From Dehalococcoidia bacterium (GTDB taxonomy: Bacteria; Chloroflexota; Dehalococcoidia; UBA2979), in assembly GCA_963667465.2 (NCBI GenBank), contig CAXXDN010000001.1, positions 96,001-160,000 on the forward strand: a stretch of 64,000 bases of DNA, in the 5' to 3' direction. The notes below the pieces were generated by a model. That model was not told the origin of the DNA and did no database searches. It saw nothing but the letters and a program-made list of their open reading frames with translations. The stretch's first letter is position 1; every line of letters starts with the position of its first letter. Below are positions 10,729 to 19,519 of the stretch, one piece after another. The translations under genes were made by a program, and so were the position numbers.

Positions 10729-11781
10729 GTGACTCGGGAGCAGATTCGGCTCACCGACCTCGCATCCTGCGGCGGCTGAGCGGGCAAGCTGGGTCTTTCG
10801 ACCCTGGCGCAGGTGCTGCGCCCGCTGCAGGAGACGTTCCCCGCCGACGAGCACCCGGAGCTGCTCGTCGGCCTTGCACGCCCCGATGACGCCGCGATCT
10901 ACCGGCTCAGCGGCGACCTCGCGGTGATCCAGACACTCGACTTCTTCCCACCGGTCGTCGACGACCCTTACGACTACGGCCGCATCGCCGCGGCGAACGC
11001 GATGTCCGACGTCTATGCGATGGGCGGCGAGGTGCGCCTCGCGCTCAACATCGCCGCCTTCCCGGACGACCTCGACCCCTCACTGCTGGCCGAGATCTTC
11101 CGGGGCGGCGCGGACGCGGTCGCCGAGGCCGGCGGCGTGATCGCCGGCGGCCACACGGTGATCGACGCGGAGCCGAAGTACGGGCTGTCCGTGATGGGCG
11201 TGATCCACCCGAACGCGGTGCTGCGCACGGGTGGCGCACAGCCCGGCGACGCGCTGCTGCTCACCAAGCCACTCGGCACCGCCATCGTGATGAGCGCCGC
11301 CGGGCAGCAGCGCGATGGCTTCGAGGAAGGCCTCGAGGCCGCGGTCGCCTCGATGATCCAGCTCAACCGCCACGCCGCGCACCTCGCGCGCGCCGCGGGC
11401 GTGCACGCGATGACGGACGTCACCGGCTTCGGGCTCGCCGGCCACGCCGCCGAGATCGCCTCGCAGAGCGACGTCACGCTCGCCCTCGACCTTGGCGCGC
11501 TGCCGCTGCTGCCCGGCGCGGAGCGCTTCGCCGAGCTCGGCGGCGCCACCGGCGGCGGCGCGCGCAACCGCGACGGCCTCGGCGATCGCGTGCGCCTCGA
11601 GGGCAACCCCCCGGACGCGATCGTCGATCTGCTGTACGACCCGCAGACCTCGGGCGGCCTGCTCATCGCGCTGCCCGAGGACGGCGCGGAGGCGCTGCGC
11701 CGCGAGATCGAGGCGCAGACCGGAGGCTGCTGGGTGATCGGGCGCGTCGAGGCCGGTCCGCCGCTGGTGGTAGCGCGATGA
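10729..11781 (+). CDS. selD: Selenide, water dikinase, selenoprotein form (in-frame TGA 10777-10779 = Sec17)
   Basis: GTG...IRLTDLASCGG-TGA-AGKLG is in frame with DDAA, DFFPPVVDDPY, GGHT, TDVTGFGL, DPQTSGGLL; GGAGG upstream. Confidence 0.93.
10788..10808 (+). promoter_or_regulatory. Putative SECIS hairpin of selD
   Basis: GGGTC-TTTC-GACCC stem (10791-10804) starts 11 nt after the in-frame TGA. Confidence 0.65.
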
Positions 11782-12494
11782 GCGCCCGCGCGCGCCTCGC
11801 GGCGCTCGCCGTCCTCGTGACGACCGCGCTGCTGCTCGTCGCCTGCCCGGGCGAGGAGGAGCCCGAGGCGACGCCGACGCCGACCGAGGCGTTGCCGGAC
11901 CTCGGCGAGCTGATGCGCGCCGCCGCCGATCGGATGGCGGGCGTCGAGAAGTTCCACTTCGTACTCGAACACGAGGACGGGACGAGCGAGATCGTGCAGG
12001 ACATCGAGATGGTGCGCGCCGAGGGCGACATCGCGGGCGAGGACCGGCTGCAGGCGGAGATCGACGGCCGTCTCGGTACGCTCGCATTCGAGACCGGCAT
12101 CGTGGTGCTTCCCGACCAGGGCTGGCTGCGCAATCCGCTCACCCAGCGCTGGCAGCGCGAGGAGATCACCGTCAGCGCCCTCTTCGACCCGCAGCAGGGC
12201 GCGGTCGCCCTGCTGCGCACGGCGACCGCGACCGGCCTCCGCGGACGCGAAGCCGTCCGCGGCGCCGACTGCCGGGTCATCGAGGCGACCACCGACTCCG
12301 GGGAGCTGGTGTTCTTCCGGGGCGTCGAGGCGGGGTTCGCGGTCAAGGCGACGATCTGGATCGGCGTCAACGACCCGCTGGTGCACCGCATCGAGCTGCG
12401 CGGGCCGATCAGCTCCAGCGAGCTCGAGACGATCGTGCGGCGTCTCGACCTCAGCAACTTCGATCAGGACGTGGACATTGTCTCTCCGCGCTGA
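11778..12494 (+). CDS. LppX/LprAFG-family lipoprotein
   Basis: Signal peptide with lipobox LVAC; FHFVLEH, RAEGD, LFDPQQG, ATIWIG, LSNFDQDVDI pattern of LolA-like LppX/LprG proteins. Confidence 0.75.
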   Translation: MSARARLAALAVLVTTALLLVACPGEEEPEATPTPTEALPDLGELMRAAADRMAGVEKFHFVLEHEDGTSEIVQDIEMVRAEGDIAGEDRLQAEIDGRLGTLAFETGIVVLPDQGWLRNPLTQRWQREEITVSALFDPQQGAVALLRTATATGLRGREAVRGADCRVIEATTDSGELVFFRGVEAGFAVKATIWIGVNDPLVHRIELRGPISSSELETIVRRLDLSNFDQDVDIVSPR

Positions 12495-13965
12495 GGCGCA
12501 GGACGGCCCTCGGACGGAGCGCGACCGGCGAGGAACCTGGCTGCTGATCGCGGTCGCGGGCGGCGTCTTCATCGCCGCCGACGACCAGACCGCAGTGGTC
12601 ACGGTGCTACCCGCGCTGATCGGCGACATCGGCCTCACCGTCGACGACCTCTACCTCGCCTCGTGGGTCGTCAACGGTTACCTGATCGGCTACATCGCCG
12701 CGCTGCCCATCGTCGGACGCATCGCCGACGTGTACGGCCGAGCGCGCGTGTACGCCGCCTCGCTGGTCGTGTTCATGGTGGGCAGCGCGCTCGTCGCCGC
12801 CGCGCCCGGCTTCGAGTGGCTCGTCGTCTCCAGGGCGTTGCAGGCCGTGGGCGGCGGTGCGGTCGTGCCCGTCGCGATGGCGATCGTCATCACCGAGCTG
12901 CCGCCCGGGCGGCGCCTGCTCGGCCTCGGCGCGATCGCTGCCGCCTCGGAGGCGGGGGCGCTCGTCGGCCCGCTCTGGGGCGGCGCGATCACGGAGCTGA
13001 TGGGCTGGCGCTGGGTGTTCTGGTGGAACCTCCCGCTCTCGCTGCCCTTCATGTACGGCGCCTGGCGGTGGGCCGGACGGGAGCGCGAGGGCGGCGCGAT
13101 CGACTGGCCCGGCGCGGCGCTGCTCGCCCTCGGGCTGGCGCTGCTCACGATCACCCTCGCCGACGATCCGGTCGCGCGCCGCCCCTGGCCGCTCACCCTG
13201 CTGCTGTGCGCGCTCGTCGCCGCACTGGGCGTCGCCTTTGTCGTCCGCCAGCGCCTCGCACCGGAGCCGATGCTGCGGCTGGCGATGTTCCGGCCGCGCG
13301 CGGCCTGGGCCTCCAACGCCGCGACGCTGCTGCTCGGCGCGGGGCTGATCACGATGCTGATCAGCGTCCCGCTGTTCGTGAACCTCGTGCTGGTGGAGAG
13401 CCCGATCGAGGGCGGCCTGACGCTGCTGCGCTTCACGATCGCCGTGCCGGCCGGCGCGCTCGCCGGCGGCTGGCTGGCGGGCCGGATCGGCCTGCGCGCG
13501 ACGGCGACGGCCGGGTTCTGGCTTGGCGCGGCGGGCTTCGCCGGCCTGCTCGCCTGGGATCGCGAGCTCAGCGAGGTCTGGCGCAGCCTCCCGCAGATCG
13601 CCGGCGGCTTCGGCTTCGGCCTCCTCATCGCCCCGCTCAGCGCCGCCGTCCTCGCCCAGGTCCGCGAGGGCGAGCGCGCCACGGCGGCCTCCTGGCTCAC
13701 GCTCAGCCGCGTCGCCGGGATGCTCGTCGGCGCTGCGCTGCTGACCTCGAACGGCCTCGGTCGCTTCTACGCGCGAGCGGGCGCGATCGAGTTCGGATCG
13801 CCGGAGTTCACGGCGCTGGTCGCCGAGGCGCAGGTCACGACCTTCCACGAGGTCTGGGCCGTCGCCGCGATCGTCATGGTCGCCGGCGGCGTCCTCACCT
13901 GGCTGATCGGCCGCCGCCCCCGCGAGGCGGAGGAGACGCTGACTTCGTGGTGGGAGGCGCACTGA
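12478..13965 (+). CDS. MFS transporter, P55/Rv1410c-like
   Basis: GYLIGYIAALPIVGRIADVYGR, QAVGGGAVVPVAMA, E-x-GALVGPLWGG, WRWVFWWNLP. Confidence 0.85.
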   Translation: MSLRAEAQDGPRTERDRRGTWLLIAVAGGVFIAADDQTAVVTVLPALIGDIGLTVDDLYLASWVVNGYLIGYIAALPIVGRIADVYGRARVYAASLVVFMVGSALVAAAPGFEWLVVSRALQAVGGGAVVPVAMAIVITELPPGRRLLGLGAIAAASEAGALVGPLWGGAITELMGWRWVFWWNLPLSLPFMYGAWRWAGREREGGAIDWPGAALLALGLALLTITLADDPVARRPWPLTLLLCALVAALGVAFVVRQRLAPEPMLRLAMFRPRAAWASNAATLLLGAGLITMLISVPLFVNLVLVESPIEGGLTLLRFTIAVPAGALAGGWLAGRIGLRATATAGFWLGAAGFAGLLAWDRELSEVWRSLPQIAGGFGFGLLIAPLSAAVLAQVREGERATAASWLTLSRVAGMLVGAALLTSNGLGRFYARAGAIEFGSPEFTALVAEAQVTTFHEVWAVAAIVMVAGGVLTWLIGRRPREAEETLTSWWEAH

Positions 13966-13998
13966 GGCCGGGGCGACCCCACCACTCCGCAGACGCAA

Positions 13999-14025
13999 CG
14001 AGGGGCCGGCAATGCCGGCCCCTCG
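13999..14025. terminator. GC-rich hairpin between convergent MFS and groEL genes
   Basis: CGAGGGGCCGGCA-A-TGCCGGCCCCTCG perfect inverted repeat. Confidence 0.7.
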
Positions 14026-14049
14026 GGGTACTCGAACCCTGAGTTGGGG

Positions 14050-15672
14050 CTAGTACATGCTCGCGGCGGCGGCGGCAGCCGCAGCAGCGCCTGCGTCGTC
14101 GCCCTCGGGCTTGTCGGTGACCAGGCAGTTGGTGGTCAGCACCATGCCGGCGATCGAGACGGCGTTCTCGAGTGCGGCCTTGGTGACCTTGGCCGGGTCG
14201 ATGATGCCGGCCGCGACCATGTCGCCGTAGTCGCCGGTCGCGGCGTCGTAGCCCTCGCCCTTGGTCAGGCCCTGGACCTCACGCACGATCACCGAGCCGT
14301 CGGCCCCCGCGTTCGCGGCGATGCGCCGCATCGGCTCCTCGAGGGCGCGGCGCAGGATGCGCACGCCGGTCGCCTCGTCGCTCTCCAGCTGGACGTCGTC
14401 GAGCACGGGGAGCGCGTTGAGGAAGGCGACTCCGCCGCCGGGGACCATGCCCTCCTCGACGGCCGCGCGGGTCGCCGAGAGCGCGTCCTCGACGCGGTGC
14501 TTCTTCTCGGTCAGCTCGACCTCGGTGGCCGCGCCGACCTTGATGACGGCCACGGAGCCGGCGAGCTTGCCGAGGCGCTCCTGCAGCTTCTCGCGGTCCC
14601 AGTCGCTGGTCGCGCGGTCGAGCGCGGCCTTGACCATCGAGATGCGGTCCGTGATGCCCTCGCTGGTGCCGTGGCCCTCGATGATCGTCGTCTCCTCCTT
14701 GGTGGAGACGATGCGGCGGGCCTTGCCGAGGTCCTCCGGGGTGGCCGACTCGAGCGAGCGGCCGACCTCGGGGCTGATCAGCGTTGCGCCGGTGATCGAG
14801 GCGATGTCGCCGAGGTTGTCCTTGCGGCGGTCGCCGAAGCCGGGCGCCTTGACGGCGATCACGTTGAGCGTGCCGCGCAGGCGGTTCACCGCGAGCGTGG
14901 CCAGCGCCTCACCCTCGATGTCTTCGGCGATGACGACGAGGTCCTTGGAGACCTGGAGCTGCTTCTCGAGCAGCGGCAGGATGTCGTTGACGGAGGCGAG
15001 CTTCTGGTCCGTGATCAGGATCGCCGGCTCGTCGACGACGGCCTCCATGCGGTCCGGGTCGGTCACGAAGTAGGGCGAGATGTAGCCACGGTCGAAGGCC
15101 ATGCCCTCGACGTACTCGATCTCGGTCTGGATGCCCTTGGACTCCTCGACGGTGATGACGCCGTCCTTGCCGGCAGCCTCCATCACGTCGCCGATCAGGT
15201 CGCCGATCTCCGTGGAGGCGGCCGAGATCGCCGCCACCTGCGCCATCTGGTCGCGCGTGGTGACCGGCGTGGAGTTCTTGCCGATCTGGTCGACGATGGC
15301 GCGCGAGCCGGCCTCGATGCCGCGCTTCAGCGCCATCGGGTCCGCGCCGGCGGCCACGTTCTTGAGGCCCTCGTGCACGATCGCCTGGCCGAGGACGGTG
15401 GCCGTGGTGGTGCCGTCGCCGGCGATGTCGTTCGTCTTGGAGGCGATCTCCTTGGCGAGCTGCGCGCCGATGTTCTGGAACTCGTCCGCCAGCTCGATCT
15501 CCTTGGCGATCGTGACGCCGTCGTTGGTGATCGTCGGCGGGCCGAACTTCTTGTCCAGCACCACGTTGCGGCCGCGCGGCCCCAGCGTGATCCGTACGGC
15601 GTCGGCCAGCTGGTCGATGCCGCCGCGCAGCGCCCCGCGGGCCTGCTCGTCAAACAGTAGTTGCTTCGCCAT
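14050..15672 (-). CDS. groEL: Chaperonin GroEL
   Basis: [41 protein letters not shown]. Confidence 0.99.
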   Translation of the reverse strand: MAKQLLFDEQARGALRGGIDQLADAVRITLGPRGRNVVLDKKFGPPTITNDGVTIAKEIELADEFQNIGAQLAKEIASKTNDIAGDGTTTATVLGQAIVHEGLKNVAAGADPMALKRGIEAGSRAIVDQIGKNSTPVTTRDQMAQVAAISAASTEIGDLIGDVMEAAGKDGVITVEESKGIQTEIEYVEGMAFDRGYISPYFVTDPDRMEAVVDEPAILITDQKLASVNDILPLLEKQLQVSKDLVVIAEDIEGEALATLAVNRLRGTLNVIAVKAPGFGDRRKDNLGDIASITGATLISPEVGRSLESATPEDLGKARRIVSTKEETTIIEGHGTSEGITDRISMVKAALDRATSDWDREKLQERLGKLAGSVAVIKVGAATEVELTEKKHRVEDALSATRAAVEEGMVPGGGVAFLNALPVLDDVQLESDEATGVRILRRALEEPMRRIAANAGADGSVIVREVQGLTKGEGYDAATGDYGDMVAAGIIDPAKVTKAALENAVSIAGMVLTTNCLVTDKPEGDDAGAAAAAAAAASMY

Positions 15673-15778
15673 GCGTGTCCACTCCCTCTCGTTCGCGTCG
15701 CCGAGGGCCGTCCAGCATCGTCGCGGGCCGCCCTCCGAACCGTACGACGTTCGTGCTCCATCACACTTTGCGCAGTTG

Positions 15779-15805
15779 TTAGCACTCTCACCTGTCGAGT
15801 GCTAA
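15779..15805. promoter_or_regulatory. CIRCE element (HrcA operator)
   Basis: Perfect TTAGCACTC-N9-GAGTGCTAA upstream of groEL. Confidence 0.97.
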
Positions 15806-15839
15806 TCGTTTGTACCCAATCCCGACGCACTGCGCAAGT

Positions 15840-15862
15840 GCCACCACCGAAACGGTGGTGGC
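15840..15862 (-). terminator. Hairpin downstream of nuoB
   Basis: GCCACCACCG-AAA-CGGTGGTGGC. Confidence 0.6.
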
Positions 15863-15895
15863 GAGCCAGAGGTCCTGCGGTCGAAGAGGCGCGCG

Positions 15896-16591
15896 CTAGC
15901 GCTGCAGCAACGGCACCCCGCCGGAGCGGCGCTCCGGGTCCTCGAGGCCCGGGTAGGGCGGGAACAGCGACTCCAGCTCGCGCCGGATCGGGTCGCCCTC
16001 GGGCAGGTAGGGCGAGAAGTCGCCGTCAGGCTGGAGGCGGTCGCGGCGGCCTTCGATGCCGAAGGCGTTGATCTTGTCCTGCAGCATCATCAGGCCCTGC
16101 AGCAGGGACTCCGGCCGCGGCGGACAGCCGGGCACGTAGACGTCCACGGGGCAGACGAGGTTGACGCCGGGCAGCACCGAGTACCCGTAGGCGAACGGGC
16201 CGCCCATGATCGCGCAGCCGCCCATCGAGATGACCCACTTCGGCTCGGCCATCTGCAGGTAGACCCGCCGCACCGCCGGCGCCATCTTCCAGGTCACCGT
16301 GCCGGCCACGATCATCAGGTCCGCCTGCCGCGGCGAGGCGCGGAACACCTCGGACCCGAAGCGCGCGATGTCGTAGCGCGAGGTCGCCGTCGCGATCATC
16401 TCGATCGCGCAGCAGGCCAGCCCGAACATCGCCGGCCACAACGAGGATGCGCGCGCCCAGTTCAGCATCCCGTCCACCGAGGACAGGAGCACGTTCTTGC
16501 GCACCTCTTCCTCGAGGTCGAGCGGGGCCATGTCGCGCGCCTGGTCGAAGAGCGCGAGGCGCTGCCGGGTATCGCCGTCCGTGGTCACCAC
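15896..16591 (-). CDS. nuoB: NADH-quinone oxidoreductase subunit B (stand-alone)
   Basis: [46 protein letters not shown]. Confidence 0.93.
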   Translation of the reverse strand: MVTTDGDTRQRLALFDQARDMAPLDLEEEVRKNVLLSSVDGMLNWARASSLWPAMFGLACCAIEMIATATSRYDIARFGSEVFRASPRQADLMIVAGTVTWKMAPAVRRVYLQMAEPKWVISMGGCAIMGGPFAYGYSVLPGVNLVCPVDVYVPGCPPRPESLLQGLMMLQDKINAFGIEGRRDRLQPDGDFSPYLPEGDPIRRELESLFPPYPGLEDPERRSGGVPLLQR

Positions 16592-16679
16592 CGGGAACTC
16601 CCGCCTTCGCGCGGCGATCGTAGCGGAGGGGCGGTGGGGCGGCAAACGACGCCCGCGCCGTGTGGGCCTCGAACTCCCA

Positions 16680-17903
16680 CTACGCCGCGCCGGCCAGCCA
16701 CGGCCGCCAGTCCGGCGGCGGCTCCGTAGCCGGGACCGGCGAGAGCGCGCGCAGCCGCTCGACGGCGCCCGGCAGCACCTCGAGCAGGCGGTCGACGTCC
16801 TCGTCCGTGTTGTCGCGTCCGAGGGTGAAGCGCAGCGAGCCGCGCGCCAGCTCCGCCGGCAGGCCCATCGCCACCAGCACGTGGCTCGGCTCCACCGACC
16901 CGGTCGTGCAGGCCGAGCCCGAGGAGGCCGCGATGCCCGCGAGGTCGAGCGCGAGCAGGATCGACTCGCCCTCGACGAAGGCGACGACGACCGAGACGTT
17001 GCCCGGCAGCCGCTCGTCGAGGTCGCGCGGCCCGGTCACGCCGAGCATCGGCACGCGCCTCGGCAGCTCCTCGATCAGCCGCTGCTGCAGCGCGCGCTCG
17101 TGCGCGAGGTCGTCCTCGCGGCGCGCCTGCGCGATGGCGGCGGCGCGGGCGAGGCCGGCGATCGCCGGCGTGTTCTCGGTCCCGGCGCGCCGCCCCTGCT
17201 CCTGGCCGCCGCCAAGGATCTGCGGCGTCACCGGCGAACCCGCGCGCTGGTAGAGCACCCCTGCGCCACGAGGTCCGTAGAGCTTGTGCGCCGTCGCCGT
17301 CAGCAGGTCGACGCCGAGCCGCCCGGCGTGGACGCCGAGGTGCGCCGCCGACTGCACGGCGTCCGTATGCACCAGCGTGCGCGGGTTGCGCGCGTGGACG
17401 CGGCGGCTGATCCCGGCGATGTCGTTGAGCGCGCCGACCTCGTTGTTGGCGTGCATCACGGAGACGAGCGCCGTGTCGTCGCGCACGGCCGCCTCGACCT
17501 CGGCGGGGTCGGCGCGGCCCTCGGCGTCGACGCCGACGATCGTCAGCTCCGCGCCCTCGCGTTCGAGTTGCTCGGCGGTGTCGAGCACGGCGTGGTGCTC
17601 GACGGCGGTGGTGACGAGGTGCCGCCGCCCGCGCGCCGCTCCCAGCGCCCCGCGCAGCGCGAGGCTGTTCGACTCCGACCCCCCCGAGGTGAAGACGATC
17701 TCCCCCGGCGTCGCCCCCAGCCAGGCCGCGACGGTCGCCCGCGCCTCATCGAGCGCCTGCTGCGTCCGCTGCGCCTCGACATAGATGGAAGACGGGTTGT
17801 GCCAGCGCTCCTCGAACCACGGCCGCATCGCCTCGACCACAGCCGGGTCGGGCGGCGTGGTGGCGGCGTGATCCAGGTAGACGCGTCGCACGGCTGAGGT
17901 CAT
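16680..17903 (-). CDS. iscS: Cysteine desulfurase (IscS/NifS type)
   Basis: [33 protein letters not shown]. Confidence 0.93.
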   Translation of the reverse strand: MTSAVRRVYLDHAATTPPDPAVVEAMRPWFEERWHNPSSIYVEAQRTQQALDEARATVAAWLGATPGEIVFTSGGSESNSLALRGALGAARGRRHLVTTAVEHHAVLDTAEQLEREGAELTIVGVDAEGRADPAEVEAAVRDDTALVSVMHANNEVGALNDIAGISRRVHARNPRTLVHTDAVQSAAHLGVHAGRLGVDLLTATAHKLYGPRGAGVLYQRAGSPVTPQILGGGQEQGRRAGTENTPAIAGLARAAAIAQARREDDLAHERALQQRLIEELPRRVPMLGVTGPRDLDERLPGNVSVVVAFVEGESILLALDLAGIAASSGSACTTGSVEPSHVLVAMGLPAELARGSLRFTLGRDNTDEDVDRLLEVLPGAVERLRALSPVPATEPPPDWRPWLAGAA

Positions 17904-17946
17904 CGCTACCAGAATACCCGCCCGCGGTCCGCCGGGTCCGCTCCTC

Positions 17947-17990
17947 CGCCCCCCTCGCCCCTCGCGGGAGCGGGCGAGGGTGAGGGGGAC
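17947..17990. repeat. BoxC-like palindromic repeat copy
   Basis: CCCTCGCCCCTCGCGGGAGCGGGCGAGGGTGAGGGGG. Confidence 0.65.
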
Positions 17991-18008
17991 GCGCCGCTCC
18001 GGCGCGGG

Positions 18009-18224
18009 TCAGGCGGGGCGAGCGGCGGGCTTGCGTTCGAGAGCAGCCCGCAGCCGCTCGATGTCGAGCTTCTGCGAGGCCCACTCGACCTCGATGCCGA
18101 CGACGTGCTCATCCGCGTCGAGGTCGACGACGATCCCATCGCACAACTCGAACGACTCGAGGCTGGGCCGGTCCTCGAACTCGATGTACAGCATGTCCGT
18201 CTCGGGGTCGTGGCTTACCTTCAC
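18009..18224 (-). CDS. DUF2283 family protein (putative antitoxin)
   Basis: MKVSHDPETDMLYIEF...GIVVDLDADEHVVGIEV. Confidence 0.85.
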   Translation of the reverse strand: MKVSHDPETDMLYIEFEDRPSLESFELCDGIVVDLDADEHVVGIEVEWASQKLDIERLRAALERKPAARPA

Positions 18225-18520
18225 GGGGCTGGCGCGGGCTTCGCCTGGACGGGGTGGAACACCTCGTCCCCCTCGATGCGCAGTTCAGGAGGGCCATGCG
18301 ACAGCAGCGCCTCGCGGATCCGCTCCGCCTCGGGCAGCCCTTGCAGGCTCACCCCGCCGGGCAGCCCGATCAGCTCGACGCCGATTAGCCGGCCCTCGGC
18401 GTCGTAGTCGGCGCAGCGCAAGTCATCGACTTCGCGGCAGTCGGCGATCTTCGCTTTCTTGAATTGCAGATAGAGGATGTCGCCCACGTCATTGACGCGG
18501 ACCTCAATGCCCTCAGACAT
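18221..18520 (-). CDS. DUF2283 family protein (second copy)
   Basis: DILYLQF...ADYDAEGRLIGVEL. Confidence 0.75.
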   Translation of the reverse strand: MSEGIEVRVNDVGDILYLQFKKAKIADCREVDDLRCADYDAEGRLIGVELIGLPGGVSLQGLPEAERIREALLSHGPPELRIEGDEVFHPVQAKPAPAP

Positions 18521-18553
18521 GTCGTTGCTCCAGCCTGCTGGGTCTCACGGCCC

Positions 18554-18814
18554 TCACTCGCCGTGCCATCGCACGGTCGCGACGCGCATCGGGTCGGAGC
18601 CGATGCGTACGTAGACCTTGCAGCGGCGCCCACCTATCGAGCGCAGGTAGATGTTACACGGGTCCGTGGGCGGACGATCGAGAGCGCGACGGATCTGGTC
18701 AGGCTGCTCCAGTGTGGCCCGCACCTGCAGCTCCGTGATCCCGAACTGGTCCATCCGATCGCGTACATGCGGCTGCTCGTACGCGATCTGGCCGCCAGGC
18801 GGCAGTGGCTCCAT
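18554..18814 (-). CDS. DUF4258-like (RelE/BrnT-fold) putative toxin
   Basis: HVRDRMDQFGITELQVRATLEQPD...RVATV; GAGGAG RBS before ATG 18814; sits upstream of DUF2283 genes. Confidence 0.7.
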   Translation of the reverse strand: MEPLPPGGQIAYEQPHVRDRMDQFGITELQVRATLEQPDQIRRALDRPPTDPCNIYLRSIGGRRCKVYVRIGSDPMRVATVRWHGE

Positions 18815-19034
18815 ATCGGCTCCTCGAACGTAGGCTCTGCATCGTCCCCTGACTGTCGAGGCCTCCGTGCCGTGGGAGAAGCGACGGTAGCGCAGACTCG
18901 CGCGGGTCGGCGGCGACTCGCAGCGGATGCGACGGGTGGGGCGGTTCGTTCGGACCAAGCAGCGAGGTGGATGCGCTGACCGACGCTGACGGGTCTTCCG
19001 GGACGAAGACCGCACGTCTGGATCGGACAGGAGC

Positions 19035-19365
19035 GCGAGGTCGGGCGCGAACTGCTTGTTGATGCCGGCGACAAGCCCGAGGTCGAGCGCGAACTGCTCG
19101 TTGAGGCCGGCGCCGAGCCCGAGGTCGAACGCGAACTGCTCGCCGAGGCCGGCGCCGAGCCCGAGGTCGAGCGCGAACTGCTTGCTGAGGTCGACAAAGG
19201 GGGCCGTCACCTCTTCCACAAGGCGCCGCATCTCGGCCGCGGGAGCCGTCACCTGTTCCAGAAGGCGCTCCGCCGCCGCTGCGGGAGCCGTCACCTGTTC
19301 CAGAAGGCGCTCCGCCGCCGCTGCGGGAGCCGTGACCTGTTCGAACAAGCGCTCCGCCGCCGAGA
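19035..19365 (-). repeat. Two arrays of 42-bp (14-aa) coding repeats in an ORF starting ~19450
   Basis: AAAERLLEQVTAPA x~4 followed by QFALDLGLGAGLxE x~4. Confidence 0.85.
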
Positions 19366-19519
19366 TGCTGGCGGTTGCGGGAAGTACGGCCCGCCTCGCG
19401 TCGGCGGCAATACGTGCCAAGTCCTGAGGCTCTCCTTCATTCGATGACATCAGCTGCAACTTCCGCCTTACTGCACGTGAATCCGAGGAAACAGTCTACC
19501 ACGCCGTAGAACCTGCGTT

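Noticed and set aside
10777-10779. selD as a pseudogene with a premature stop
   Set aside because: The TGA is at the known Sec position, has a downstream hairpin, and the rest of the gene is intact.
19035-19365. Possible CRISPR or type III antitoxin RNA repeats
   Set aside because: The period is 42 bp, variation concentrates at synonymous or conservative codon positions, and the frame is open; coding repeats are the simpler explanation.
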